Virus record (IMG/VR): IMGVR_UViG_3300034101_006325
Location: 136,304 to 200,303 of that record
Strand: one strand, 5' to 3'
Length of the DNA: 64,000 bases
Origin: a virus
Taxonomy: Duplodnaviria > Caudoviricetes
A program made the translations under genes and the position numbers. The notes under the pieces are model-generated. The model was given only the letters and a program-made list of their open reading frames with translations, made no database searches and was not told the origin of the DNA. Positions 1 through 10,927 of the stretch are shown in pieces. Within the stretch, counting starts at the first letter, position 1. Each line of letters starts with the position of its first letter.

Positions 1-80
1 GCAGCTAATTTTTGTCTACCGTAGTCTGTCAATACCGCATCTAAAATTATATTATTGGTTGAATTATCTAACCATCCCAT
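1..80 (-). CDS. Partial CDS (5' end; runs off the window), jumbo-phage putative structural protein, N-terminus MGWLDNSTNNIILDAVLTDYGRQKLA
   Basis: Manual reverse translation from ATG at 80, preceded by GAGG. Its N-terminus resembles that of ORF 8350..9417 (DN..x.LDxxLTxxGR). Confidence 0.75.
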   Translation of the reverse strand, partial: MGWLDNSTNNIILDAVLTDYGRQKLA

Positions 81-136
81 TTTTTCCTCGCTATATAGTC
101 TAATATAAACTTAAAAAGTAAAAACGCTATAAAATA

Positions 137-2038
137 TTACGATTCATTTAAAATTAACAAACTATTGTCATTAGCCAAATTTTTCTCATCTTCTATGTTA
201 ATCTTCAATGAAGCTGTTTTTTGGTTTTGGGTATTAATGAATTGAATTTTATAGTGAGATTTACTCTGATTTGTTCCGACTAAATTCATTATTTTTTTAT
301 TTCTATCTATTAATTTGTAATAATCAGGACTAAAATAAATTTTTAGTTGTTTTGATGCTTTACCTGGATTAATTGTGTCTTTATAAAGATCGACTGATAA
401 CTTTAAATTGGGGTACGGTCTAGGGGCACCAGCTCTACTAATCAATTTTTTGGTTAATTTATTTTTAAAAAAATCAAAAGATACTTCAAATTGTGCACTG
501 TAGTTAGAAATTACTCCATGCGTATCAATTACAGCAATAGTATAAATGTATTTTGAAACAGTCAGTGTATCTATGTCAAGCTTAAAATCATCGTCATAGG
601 CGAATGTATGGGGATAGTCATCTAAAGAAACATAATTGGCATATTGATTTGAATTTGCCACATTGCCATCAATAACTTCTCCTGTAGGATATTTGACAAT
701 TGACTTGTCAAAATGTCTTTGATAAATTAATTCAAAAGGTTCATAAATATTTCTTCGTCTGAATACCTGAAATTGCCCTACATCTCTTTGAGCGCTAACA
801 GGATAATTCCAAGTAATCTTCAGCCTTTTCTTTCTATAGTCCCAACTAAAATCAATTTGCGATGGAGGTTCTGGTGGCAAAGTATCTTTTTCTGAAATTA
901 CTTTTACTGCTACGGGATTTGAGGCGATTAAATAACCAACGTACCGTAATTCATTAAAATCTTTTAAATATGCAGGTATCACAATTTGACAAATTGTTCT
1001 TATAACATAATGATAAATTGCGTTGTATTTAACGTTCACGTCGACAATTGAACCAATCTCGAAATTTTCTAGTGGAATTGTTTCAATTTTTATTAAATCT
1101 TGTCCTATCTGCTCATATTTGTCAATCGTATATCCCACCAATTTTTTTGTTGAAATGAGATTGTTAGAATCAATAGGAATATCAAAAATCTGAAAAGGCT
1201 GAATAAATTCTTCTAACTCTGATAGAGGAATTTTATGATTGTTGTAATATTTTTTAAATGCCTCCAGCGTACTTTGAGGAAGTTTAGTTTTTGCAAATAG
1301 ATCTGGAAGGGCTATTGCATTTAATTGTGTGTATAAGCTTTCTGAGTTTGCAAGAAGCTGATCAAAACCTGTTGTATCTTTTAATATTTTTCCTGTTTGG
1401 TCTGCGAATCTATATCCAAAAGTTTTATTTGGACGATCTCCTAATTTTTCAAGCGTCTCAATGGCTTTAGAAATTTTACTCTTTATTTCTTCTTTTTTTG
1501 ACTCTGTTCCACCTGCCAATTTGTAAAAATCTAAATATTTTTTTACATAATTGTCGATTATTCCTGTTTGACTCAAATTATTATTAGAATATAGATCTAT
1601 ATTACCGTCATTGTTGATATCAGCAGAAGCATCTTCTAAAGAATCAGTTGCAGAAAAAATGTAAGAAATATACTTTGATCCAATAAAATTTCCTTCATTT
1701 ACAATCTTTCTTAAATTTTCCTCAATTAATTTTGGAGAAATTCTAAGCTGACTAAACTGGTTATCAAATTCATTTAAATTAAAATCGGGAATTTCCCAAT
1801 TGAGTTTTATAAATCTAGGTACTCTAAGCGTAAAAGAAATATTTTCAGAATCTAATTCATCGACTTTTTTATCTCTATAAAAAGAAGGAATGATCGGTTT
1901 GTCACTTACAGATTCGTCTTCAGTGTAATAATTGTATGCAAAATTTCCAGTAAAATTTTTTACCTGTGGAATTTTAATCGAAGATATTGGATCTGAAGGA
2001 TCGGAAGAAATACTGTTGGCATTGAAGTTTATTGTCAT
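137..2038 (-). CDS. Putative virion structural protein with fibronectin type III-like domain
   Basis: 633 aa. FN3-like pattern PPEPPSQIDFSW...LKITWNYP...FQVFRR...YIYTIAVID..G; in a tightly packed minus-strand block. Confidence 0.55.
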   Translation of the reverse strand: MTINFNANSISSDPSDPISSIKIPQVKNFTGNFAYNYYTEDESVSDKPIIPSFYRDKKVDELDSENISFTLRVPRFIKLNWEIPDFNLNEFDNQFSQLRISPKLIEENLRKIVNEGNFIGSKYISYIFSATDSLEDASADINNDGNIDLYSNNNLSQTGIIDNYVKKYLDFYKLAGGTESKKEEIKSKISKAIETLEKLGDRPNKTFGYRFADQTGKILKDTTGFDQLLANSESLYTQLNAIALPDLFAKTKLPQSTLEAFKKYYNNHKIPLSELEEFIQPFQIFDIPIDSNNLISTKKLVGYTIDKYEQIGQDLIKIETIPLENFEIGSIVDVNVKYNAIYHYVIRTICQIVIPAYLKDFNELRYVGYLIASNPVAVKVISEKDTLPPEPPSQIDFSWDYRKKRLKITWNYPVSAQRDVGQFQVFRRRNIYEPFELIYQRHFDKSIVKYPTGEVIDGNVANSNQYANYVSLDDYPHTFAYDDDFKLDIDTLTVSKYIYTIAVIDTHGVISNYSAQFEVSFDFFKNKLTKKLISRAGAPRPYPNLKLSVDLYKDTINPGKASKQLKIYFSPDYYKLIDRNKKIMNLVGTNQSKSHYKIQFINTQNQKTASLKINIEDEKNLANDNSLLILNES

Positions 2039-2044
2039 AAATTT

Positions 2045-5000
2045 TCAGTATCCTTCAATTGTTACAAAATATTGGTCATAAGTAACTGCTGATACATTAT
2101 TTTGCCTTCTTTTATAAACAACATTTCCATTTGTGTCTAACCTATCAACAAGCTGATTATTGATGGCAAATCTGAGTGTTTCTGAGTCTGTTTGAATTTC
2201 ATCAACAAAAAAATCATCTGGATCAAATAATATATGGAATACTCTATCAAACTTTCTTATCTTTAACGTATTGTTGACTAATTCGCTAGGATTAATAGTT
2301 AAAAATGTGCTATTTGCTATTAATTTTTTGGTAGAGACGTTATTTGTATTCGTTGTTGGCGGATTAAAGAGTTGAGTCAATGTGGGTGGAGTTTGTACAA
2401 ATGAAGGACTTGATGTTGCTGTAGGAATTGAAGAAAAATTATCATAGATATTTTCATTAAAATCTACATCTGACAAGTATTTCAGATATTCTTCTGCAAT
2501 AAAACTATCAATGTGATTATTATTAATTTGATCAATAACGTCGCTCGATAAAAATGAATAATCTTGCAAAATATTTTGTTGATATTCAGGTTCTAATGTT
2601 CCATTTTTGAAAAGCCTAAGACCAACTTTTCCGTTTGAATAATCGACTTGATAAAATGGGAAAGCTTGACGATTTAAATACGGAGGATTGTCTGACATAA
2701 GCACATCTTTTATGTTATGTGGAATTGTATCGTAATTTTTAAGAATTTTTGTAGGGAATCTGTCCATATCAAAAACATAAGAAATAGGCTTGTGTATTAA
2801 TGTGCTTAGAAAGTTATCTATTCTAAACAAATTTATTCTTATTATTGACGATAATTTCTTTGAATTATTCGGATTATATTGTGAGACGTTTGCAGATAGA
2901 TACCTCACCAAATTTTGAGGAATTCCAACCGACATTATCTTTTTGTTAAAAGAAACCTGTTCTGACCATTGTAGACCAGAATTAAACCATCTTTTTACAA
3001 ATAACTTCCAAGATACTAAAGAAGTGTCTTCTACTGGTAGATACCCTTCGAAAGTATTAGATTCTTTAAAGGAAGAAAAATAAAAAGTATCTTTTAAAAC
3101 TGATCTATCTGATCCTAAAGATGCATTTATGGCAGATTTAGAACGTTCATGCAGGTCTAAAAGCTTATTTTGTGTTAAAAGCAACTGCTCTTTTGTTATA
3201 AGATTTCTTTGGACCTGTGGGCCGCCTTCGCTTATTTTTGTTTCAAGGACAGCACCCATTAGATGAAAAATACTATTTTGCGTATTTGAAAGTATTTGTT
3301 TGAATTCATCAATTTGCTTTTTTAAACCTGCAACGTAGATAGCAAATCTATTAATATATTTTCTGTATAAATTGGCATAATTGTAAATTTTATTTTCACT
3401 GTTGACCATTACAGAATCAATTTTTAATCCACGAATTCCAGAAATTTGTTGATATTCTGATGGGGTAATAGTCTGAAGATCTTCGCTAGGAATAAATCCA
3501 AATTTTAATAAATCTTTGAAATTTGATTCTGTATTGGTTAATTTTCCTAATGAATTAAACTTACCAATTGATGCATCATAAATTTTACTTACAACAATAT
3601 AACCGTCAAATGAAACGATATCATATATTGCTTCAACATCTTGACCCACAACGTTTTTATAATCTACTATGTCTTTGTCAATAAATGATTTAACGTATGC
3701 TATTATTCTTTCTGGATTTGCTGCATGAACAATTAAACAACAAAGTTCAAATAAACCCGCCATAAAAGCTGTTCTTTGAATTCCTGAATATTGTGTAATA
3801 TAATCGTCTGAAGTTGTTTCTGGTTCATTTTTAAAAGGCGAATTGTACTTAGTAGTAATAATTCTTTCTGACTTCTTTTTAAATTTAGTAACTGAAAGTA
3901 TACTCAGCATCATTCTTGCTATGTTGTCAAGTATTGGTAAATTCCCTCCGCTAGACTTTAAATAATCTCTAATATCTTTTAATGTATGAAGTTTATTTGT
4001 GTCTAAATCGTCGGATTTAAGATCTGCTCTTTTTGATAAATTTTTATCTACTTCTTCTTTTTTTAATTGTGCTATTGTAGTAGAAAGTCTACTATAAATT
4101 TTCTCTGCAATTAATTCCTGAAATGTAAAAAAAGTCGTCTGATTGTTTAAGGTTATTGAATTAACAACAGACTCTGAAAATTTGGATCCGTTGATTCTTA
4201 AAGCAACATACAAAAAAAGCAGACTTCTAAGCTTTGGATCGCTCATTGATTTTGATATTAAAACTGCGCTGAAGTCTTTAAAGGCACCTACAGGCTGAGA
4301 AGTAATATAGCCTTCTTCATAATTTTCATTTCTTTTAAGAAGGTGAGACGGAGATAAAACTTCATTTTCAATTTTTCTTATCAAAACAATTGGTCTTGAA
4401 AAAGAATTAAAAGGATCATTATCATAACCAGAATTTTGTCCATTCTTAAATTTACTTAAATTTAAAACTTTTTCGCCAAGTGATCTATAGGGTCTTGGGT
4501 ATTGATCAAATGACATTTTCCCTGCAATCATTGACAACATTTTATAATTATTTCCCAGCCTTGACTGTAGTTTGCTGATCCTAGATGTGTCAAAACTAAA
4601 ATTCGAATATCTTAATGAACTTTCAATGTAATAATAAAAACCGGGTGAAAGTATTGCAAGTCTATCGGATGAACTGTTATCGCTAAAAATGTCGTCTCTT
4701 AAAAATTTATCTTCAAATGTTAGAACTTCAGTATTGTCATCCTCGACAACTTGGGACAAACTAATTAAAGAATTTTTATTACCGAGCGGGGTTGAATCAA
4801 TGTCTGTTATATCCTTTCCTGGCTGACCAATGAGATAATCCCATATATCTGAAAAATTTTCTTTATTACTTGGATAACCAAAATTATCAAGAATTCCTTG
4901 ATCCATATTGTTTGAGAATGACAACTCTTGACAGAGTAAATTTGATAATTTTGCTATAGAAGTTTCAATATCTTCTTCGGATGAAAAAACGGGCTCATTA

Positions 5001-5914
5001 AACATGGACCCATTCACAAAAAGATTGTTGGCTTGTGTCAAAAGCAAGTCCATATTATTTTCATCAATAACAAAATCATCACTAAAAATTGGTAGAATTT
5101 GTTTTTGAACAGAATTGAAATTAAATCTTTTTGTATTGCTGAGAAGAGAAGGTGTAATCAAATAAGGATCTTTGTAGTTATTTAAAAAATCAGGATTGTT
5201 AGGTATAAAAACATCGGATGCTTCAGACTGAAAAGAATAAGGCAAACCACCTTTTAATACTTCTTTTAGTTCTAAGCACATCTGTATCCATGTTTTTGTA
5301 GGAGTCCAGTTCAAAATATTTTCTTCACTTGTAAAAAGAACTTCAGCGACTGACATAGGATAGCCAAAGCTATCAGGATTTCCTATTCTAAATTTTTCAA
5401 TGACAGATCCGTCAAGTCGATATGTCGGATTAAATCTTCGTCTAATTTTTTCTAGTTGAGTTAAAAAATCTGTTATGTAATCAGAAAATTGTAGTGAACC
5501 TGTCTTAATAAAGTTTAAATTAGTAGTAACAAATTGATTTGTGCCGCCTGTTTGTCCTAAAGAAGGAACATTAATAGCTTCTAAATATTTGCTAAAATTT
5601 ATGAGCAATGAGTCTTGCTTTGCTTCTAGAATTTCGTAAAATGGACCTTTTAAATTGTTGTTGTCAAATTCAAGAGGTACAAAATTTGCTAGAGAGATTA
5701 TTTCAGGTTTTTTATTTTGAATACCAGTATTGACATAAAAAGGATCTGTTGAATTTTTTACTTTTTCTTCAAAAAAATTCTGCGAGTAATTTTGATTACT
5801 ATCATCGACTGGAAAATTAAAGTCTTTATTTGTTAAAAATGATCCTAACCCTGATTTTGAATTGGCATTTTTATTGCCTGCATGAACATTTCCTATTTTA
5901 GTACTTTTACCCAT
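2045..5914 (-). CDS. Large hypothetical protein, probably structural
   Basis: 1289 aa uninterrupted ORF, no enzymatic motif recognised. Function inferred from context only. Confidence 0.45.
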   Translation of the reverse strand: MGKSTKIGNVHAGNKNANSKSGLGSFLTNKDFNFPVDDSNQNYSQNFFEEKVKNSTDPFYVNTGIQNKKPEIISLANFVPLEFDNNNLKGPFYEILEAKQDSLLINFSKYLEAINVPSLGQTGGTNQFVTTNLNFIKTGSLQFSDYITDFLTQLEKIRRRFNPTYRLDGSVIEKFRIGNPDSFGYPMSVAEVLFTSEENILNWTPTKTWIQMCLELKEVLKGGLPYSFQSEASDVFIPNNPDFLNNYKDPYLITPSLLSNTKRFNFNSVQKQILPIFSDDFVIDENNMDLLLTQANNLFVNGSMFNEPVFSSEEDIETSIAKLSNLLCQELSFSNNMDQGILDNFGYPSNKENFSDIWDYLIGQPGKDITDIDSTPLGNKNSLISLSQVVEDDNTEVLTFEDKFLRDDIFSDNSSSDRLAILSPGFYYYIESSLRYSNFSFDTSRISKLQSRLGNNYKMLSMIAGKMSFDQYPRPYRSLGEKVLNLSKFKNGQNSGYDNDPFNSFSRPIVLIRKIENEVLSPSHLLKRNENYEEGYITSQPVGAFKDFSAVLISKSMSDPKLRSLLFLYVALRINGSKFSESVVNSITLNNQTTFFTFQELIAEKIYSRLSTTIAQLKKEEVDKNLSKRADLKSDDLDTNKLHTLKDIRDYLKSSGGNLPILDNIARMMLSILSVTKFKKKSERIITTKYNSPFKNEPETTSDDYITQYSGIQRTAFMAGLFELCCLIVHAANPERIIAYVKSFIDKDIVDYKNVVGQDVEAIYDIVSFDGYIVVSKIYDASIGKFNSLGKLTNTESNFKDLLKFGFIPSEDLQTITPSEYQQISGIRGLKIDSVMVNSENKIYNYANLYRKYINRFAIYVAGLKKQIDEFKQILSNTQNSIFHLMGAVLETKISEGGPQVQRNLITKEQLLLTQNKLLDLHERSKSAINASLGSDRSVLKDTFYFSSFKESNTFEGYLPVEDTSLVSWKLFVKRWFNSGLQWSEQVSFNKKIMSVGIPQNLVRYLSANVSQYNPNNSKKLSSIIRINLFRIDNFLSTLIHKPISYVFDMDRFPTKILKNYDTIPHNIKDVLMSDNPPYLNRQAFPFYQVDYSNGKVGLRLFKNGTLEPEYQQNILQDYSFLSSDVIDQINNNHIDSFIAEEYLKYLSDVDFNENIYDNFSSIPTATSSPSFVQTPPTLTQLFNPPTTNTNNVSTKKLIANSTFLTINPSELVNNTLKIRKFDRVFHILFDPDDFFVDEIQTDSETLRFAINNQLVDRLDTNGNVVYKRRQNNVSAVTYDQYFVTIEGY

Positions 5915-5932
5915 AATTCACTTCCGTCCGTC

Positions 5933-8353
5933 TTAAACAAGGTAGGCATTAAATTCTTCAGGTGACAAAGTCAAAGCATTGGATCTTTTTGCCGGTAAAA
6001 TATTAAAATCTTTAGTAATTCCTATCACATAGTATACCAAAGTTCCTCTATCTTCTTTTTCTAATTTTAGAATAACATCACGATTATGCAATGTTCCAAC
6101 AAAAGATTTTTTCTTAGCTACTTCTTTTATTAAAATAAAATGATCGTAATCATCTAAAGTACCTGTTAATTGCCAAGAAATTTTTACATGCTCCATGTCT
6201 ATTCTTCTAGCATCAACATTATTAATACCAAAAAAATTATTTAAACCTTGTAGAGTATATTCTTGTAGTATACCAATATTTTGGTCCGAAGATAGACCGA
6301 TAATAGTTCCATGAGTATCTTCTGCGTACATATGACCTGTTTGTAATACATAAGGTTGTCTCCAGATGTAAGGTCTATATGAATAAGTTCTAGGAACTAA
6401 AGTGCTATTGTTGTTGCTATTGTTGTTTCCTAAATTAATTTCAACAGTTTTAATCCTGTCCTTAAATACCGTTTCAATGTCTTTTAAAATTCCATGAACT
6501 TGATAGTTGTAGGAATTCGTAGGGTCAAGATCATCGATTCCTAATGCAGTCCTTGAAGAAAAATCATCTGAAAATTCAGCAGAATTGGTTGCACTGATTT
6601 GATTAAATTCCTCAATTTTTCCATTTTTTAAATTTGTTCTAACTACTTTAAAAAATAAAAATTTTGATAATTCGTCTGTTGAATTTTTAATTTCTTCTGC
6701 AAATAAACTATACAATTGACTATTGGTTAGTTCTCCTAAAATTTTATCTAATTCATTGGTTTCAACGGTTGAATTAATTGTAAATCTAAAAAAATGCTTA
6801 TTGTTTTCAATGCCTCTTAGCTGATTAGAAATATTAATTTTTATAATTTTGTTTTTAGAAAAATTAGCATGTCTATAAACAGTTGATTTTGACTGAACGA
6901 TTCCATGTGAGGTCAAATATTCAAGTGTATACTCGTAAACTTTATCTTCCTGAACTTCAGCATCAAAAATACTTTGTTGATCAGTATTAGGTTGAATAAA
7001 ATCAAAATCAATAAAATTTAATTCAACAGCAGTATTTTTTTGATTGCTGGTGTGAAGCATTCTTTTTTTAATTCTAAATTTAGATGCAAAAGTTGGAATA
7101 TTCCTTACAGTAACTAGGGCAGCATTTCCTATGCTTTTGACTATTAATGCTGATGTGTCTATTGTAAATGCATTGCAGTGTGCTATGCTTTTAAAAAAAG
7201 GACTATTGACATGATAAAGACTATTACCGACATAACATCGGTAAATGTCCACATAATTTTCAGGTTTATAGTCTATACCCGAGTAGACTGTTGCAGGTGA
7301 ATAATTTATATTCTTTTCTAGAAGACCTTTAAATAAGGATGGATCTCCTCTTCCTGACACTGATTTTTTTTGGATAATAACATTGTTAATATCTTCAGAA
7401 TTAAATGCAACCTTTAAATTTTTACCACCTATTTTTAAATTTGGAACTTGGCTGAGCTGTCTAGCATTAGTAATTAAAGTTGGTGCATCAAAAATCTTTC
7501 TAATTGAAAAAACAGGGGTAGGATTATCAATCTGATGAACATCAAATTGCACAGTCAAAGGTTTGTTGCAGTGAGATTTTGGAAGATCAACTGCATATCT
7601 AATAAATTTTTTGTCTGCAAAAATCTTTTTTTTAACTTTTTTGTAATAAAAATTTTCTTTTGAAAGAGAATCCAAAGCATCGTTAAAATAATAGTCACCT
7701 ATTTGTTTAATAGAGTGAATTGCAGAATTTGCAACTATATTCTCACCATTATTTTTAGATGTGTAAATATTGATAATTTCTGCAGGATCAATTTGATAAT
7801 TTGTTAATAAATTTAGTGCATTATTCTTATAATTTTTTTCATTAATTGGTCTATCTACCAGTGGCCCTGTTTTTGTTAAAAAATTACTATCATTGGTGCT
7901 TGTTATCTCTTCAAGAGTCTCTACAGTGTCATACAATCCTTCAATATTTGTTAGAATTGCTCCGTTTTTAATTTGCTCTTTATTGAGAGAAAGATTATAA
8001 CTAAAAGGAAAATTTTTACTAAAAATTTTACTTATTGCCTTCTTTTTTGCTTCCTGAACTTGAAGTTTGCTCTTTTGAAGCAAGTCATTAGCTTTTTTCT
8101 TGCCTGAGTTAAAATAACCAGTTCTGGCATTGTATAAATTGGCGCCAGCATCTTCTTCTTCTATTCCTTCGTTAATATCAGTAAAAACTGATATCTTTAC
8201 ATGATTTAGATCATTTTTGATAATGTCACTCTGAAGGTAACTTACTAAAAAACTAAATCTGTAGAAGGTATTTGTTTGAGAAACAAAAGAAGAAAAATAT
8301 TTTTCAATTCTTAGGACGTCATTTTGAGAAAATTTATTGGTAAAAACTTTCAT
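5933..8353 (-). CDS. Hypothetical protein with Ig/FN3-like beta-sandwich segments, probably structural
   Basis: 806 aa. Segments VKISW...YDHFILIKE, DKVYEYTLEY and NSYNYQVHG resemble FN3 strands; overlaps upstream gene (ATGA). Confidence 0.45.
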   Translation of the reverse strand: MKVFTNKFSQNDVLRIEKYFSSFVSQTNTFYRFSFLVSYLQSDIIKNDLNHVKISVFTDINEGIEEEDAGANLYNARTGYFNSGKKKANDLLQKSKLQVQEAKKKAISKIFSKNFPFSYNLSLNKEQIKNGAILTNIEGLYDTVETLEEITSTNDSNFLTKTGPLVDRPINEKNYKNNALNLLTNYQIDPAEIINIYTSKNNGENIVANSAIHSIKQIGDYYFNDALDSLSKENFYYKKVKKKIFADKKFIRYAVDLPKSHCNKPLTVQFDVHQIDNPTPVFSIRKIFDAPTLITNARQLSQVPNLKIGGKNLKVAFNSEDINNVIIQKKSVSGRGDPSLFKGLLEKNINYSPATVYSGIDYKPENYVDIYRCYVGNSLYHVNSPFFKSIAHCNAFTIDTSALIVKSIGNAALVTVRNIPTFASKFRIKKRMLHTSNQKNTAVELNFIDFDFIQPNTDQQSIFDAEVQEDKVYEYTLEYLTSHGIVQSKSTVYRHANFSKNKIIKINISNQLRGIENNKHFFRFTINSTVETNELDKILGELTNSQLYSLFAEEIKNSTDELSKFLFFKVVRTNLKNGKIEEFNQISATNSAEFSDDFSSRTALGIDDLDPTNSYNYQVHGILKDIETVFKDRIKTVEINLGNNNSNNNSTLVPRTYSYRPYIWRQPYVLQTGHMYAEDTHGTIIGLSSDQNIGILQEYTLQGLNNFFGINNVDARRIDMEHVKISWQLTGTLDDYDHFILIKEVAKKKSFVGTLHNRDVILKLEKEDRGTLVYYVIGITKDFNILPAKRSNALTLSPEEFNAYLV

Positions 8354-9417
8354 TGTTCCTCTTCTTCATCATCATTTCCAAATACAAGAGTAAAAATATT
8401 GACAAAACAGTCAGTTCCTGTATCGTCAGTTATGACTTTTCCTACATAGTATACTTTTTTGTCTGAAACAACAACATTTCTCGAATCATTGGCATAAATC
8501 TTTGCATCTATAACATCGAGTTTTTTTACTTCGCTGTTGTTAATTTCAAAAAATTGAGCAATTATTTCGTTGTCTTTTGAAGTAGGATCAAATATTACTT
8601 TTTTATATGAGTAATTTTTTAATTTTTCCTGCAAAATGTCGTATGTAACTTTAGTTGTTGGCCCCCATGGAGGGTAGTTACCTAAATTGTAATTTTTATT
8701 TCTTAATTCTAAAGAATTGGTTCTATCGATATTGGGGTCATTAATCTTTACAGTTGGTGGTAGATAGAGAAAATTTTCTACATTATTCAATTTATCATCA
8801 CTAAAAAGTGAGTCAATTGTATTGACATTTGTAGGATTTACTTTAGCAATTTCATCTTCTCTAAAATTTATTTCGAATTGTACTTCCTCAACATTTAATG
8901 CAAAATCTTGATCCTCAAAAATAGGATCAGCAGTTCCAAGTATACAAAGACTCTTAAAATTATCGAGTGAAGAAGTTAAGATTCCTTCAAGCAATGAAGC
9001 AAATTTTTGCCCATAAATTAATTCTTCTGTAAAACTGCCTTCAATACCAACGTCAGAAGAAAAGATTTGAGATCTTGCTTTTAATTTGCCATTTACAAAA
9101 GAAGTCCATGCTAAGCTGCTTGTGATGCTTCCAGTAACAGTTGTTGTCTCTAGCGTCGCATGCTGTCTAAAAGGTGAAAGTCTACCAGAATCATCTGCTT
9201 CAAATGTTATCTGATCATATGGCGCGTTAAATGCTTCAAAATACAGCTTGTCTGTAGGATCTAGATGACCATTCGCATCATCTCTTCTATAGACAAGCAT
9301 TCTATCGGAAAAAGTATAGTACTTTACCTCAAAAGTATTTTGAGACATTTGACGACGGCCTTCGTAGGTTAGAATGCCGTCGAGTACTCTAGATTTATTA
9401 TCTATAATTCCGCTCAT
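8350..9417 (-). CDS. Putative structural protein, paralogous N-terminus to ORF at 1..80
   Basis: Start refined to ATG 9417 (MSGIIDNKSRVLDGILTYEGRRQM); the track starts at TTG 9432. Confidence 0.55.
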   Translation of the reverse strand: MSGIIDNKSRVLDGILTYEGRRQMSQNTFEVKYYTFSDRMLVYRRDDANGHLDPTDKLYFEAFNAPYDQITFEADDSGRLSPFRQHATLETTTVTGSITSSLAWTSFVNGKLKARSQIFSSDVGIEGSFTEELIYGQKFASLLEGILTSSLDNFKSLCILGTADPIFEDQDFALNVEEVQFEINFREDEIAKVNPTNVNTIDSLFSDDKLNNVENFLYLPPTVKINDPNIDRTNSLELRNKNYNLGNYPPWGPTTKVTYDILQEKLKNYSYKKVIFDPTSKDNEIIAQFFEINNSEVKKLDVIDAKIYANDSRNVVVSDKKVYYVGKVITDDTGTDCFVNIFTLVFGNDDEEEEQ

Positions 9418-9464
9418 GATCGACCATAACAAATATTACTAATTACATAAAACTAACCCAGTAA

Positions 9465-10859
9465 TTATAGAATCTTTGAAGCAAGGGTCGCCAACTCACT
9501 TCTCTCACCCTTGAGAAGACTCACATGGCCAGCTATGGGGTAGTCTTTAAATTTTTCAATTGCATATGTTAGGCCATTAGTAAACACATCAACGTGTACG
9601 TTATCAATTTGTTCAATATCTCCAGTAAGAACTATTTTAGTACCATCACCAACTCGAGTGATGATTGTCTTTAGTTCGTGCATTGAAAGATTTTGAGCCT
9701 CATCAATGATGATATAAGCATTGGGAATTGAGCGGCCGCGGATGAATGTGATTGCCTCAATTTCGATGAGACCTTTTTCCTGGAGGAGTGAAAGGTAGTA
9801 TTCATCGTTTGACTTTGGTTTTCCGTTGGGGTCAACACCACTTGGAACTTTGCGACGGTGACCTTTCTTGCCACTCATTAGAAAGTTCATATTGTCACGG
9901 ATTGGTGCAATCCATGGCTCCATCTTTTCCTCAAGTGTGCCTGGAAGGAATCCAATGTCTTTGCCTACAGGTTGAACTGGCCGGGTAACAATGAGTTTGT
10001 CGTACTTAGGCTGACCACCCAGTCCTTTTAACTGTTCTAGCGCTGCAGCAATAGCAAGCAATGTTTTTCCTGTACCAGAAGGCCCCGTCAAAGTTAAAAG
10101 TTTAATATTGTCATCAAACAACAAATCATAAGAAAATGATTGTTCCTTATTTCTCGGCTTAAGACCAAATGCAGACTCAATCTTGGTAATTGGAACAAGT
10201 GGTTTTTCAGGATGCAAACATTTTGCAAGTGCTGATTTTATTGTTTTGCCATCTATTCCCGTAGTTTTTATGACAATAATTTGATTTGGGTAAAGTTTTC
10301 TATCGCCAATAAATTCATCAGGTATCCAAACCTGCTCTTCATGATAGAAACTATCGACATATTCTTCGGGTACCTCTAAAACTTCAACACCTCGATAGAA
10401 CTGCTCTTCATTGGCAGTTACTCTCATTTTTAAATAGTCTTCGCACTTAATTCCTAAAGAATCACATTTAATTCTAACATTAATATCTTTGGAGACGAGA
10501 ATACAATTTTCTTTCTCATGTTGTAATTGAAACATGAGCGCAATGATCATATTATCTGTTTTTGATGTTTGAAGTTCTTGTGGAAGTTTATTGGCCCATT
10601 CTGAATTAACTGAAACAATCCTTAGAGATCCTCCTTGAGGAAGACTTACACCATCAGTCAAACTTCCTTTGGAGCGCAAGTCGTCAAGAGACCTTGATAT
10701 TTGACGAGCGCCTTTTCCAACTTCATCCAATCGACTTTTATGACGGTCTAGTTCTTCTAAGACTGCCATAGGAATTATCAAATCATTGTCTTCAAAAGAA
10801 AAAATTGAATTTGAGTCGCTGAGTAAAACGTTTGTATCTAGGACGTATAATTTTTTCAT
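9465..10859 (-). CDS. phoH: PIN-PhoH (PhoH2/YlaK-type) ATPase/ribonuclease
   Basis: PIN motif VLDTNVLL plus acidic residues (EELD, TDN, SKDIN); Walker A GPSGTGKT; RGRS, IIDEAQN, GDIEQID, RSELA. Start refined to MKKLY. Confidence 0.93.
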   Translation of the reverse strand: MKKLYVLDTNVLLSDSNSIFSFEDNDLIIPMAVLEELDRHKSRLDEVGKGARQISRSLDDLRSKGSLTDGVSLPQGGSLRIVSVNSEWANKLPQELQTSKTDNMIIALMFQLQHEKENCILVSKDINVRIKCDSLGIKCEDYLKMRVTANEEQFYRGVEVLEVPEEYVDSFYHEEQVWIPDEFIGDRKLYPNQIIVIKTTGIDGKTIKSALAKCLHPEKPLVPITKIESAFGLKPRNKEQSFSYDLLFDDNIKLLTLTGPSGTGKTLLAIAAALEQLKGLGGQPKYDKLIVTRPVQPVGKDIGFLPGTLEEKMEPWIAPIRDNMNFLMSGKKGHRRKVPSGVDPNGKPKSNDEYYLSLLQEKGLIEIEAITFIRGRSIPNAYIIIDEAQNLSMHELKTIITRVGDGTKIVLTGDIEQIDNVHVDVFTNGLTYAIEKFKDYPIAGHVSLLKGERSELATLASKIL

Positions 10860-10872
10860 GCCTGTAATCATT

Positions 10873-10900
10873 ATATTATGCTTAAACAACAAAGTGTCAA
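10873..10900 (-). promoter_or_regulatory. Sigma70-like promoter for phoH
   Basis: TTGACA-N16-TAATAT on the minus strand just upstream of the refined start. Confidence 0.5.
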
Positions 10901-10927
10901 GTTTGTAATTTGAATTTAACTGATAAG

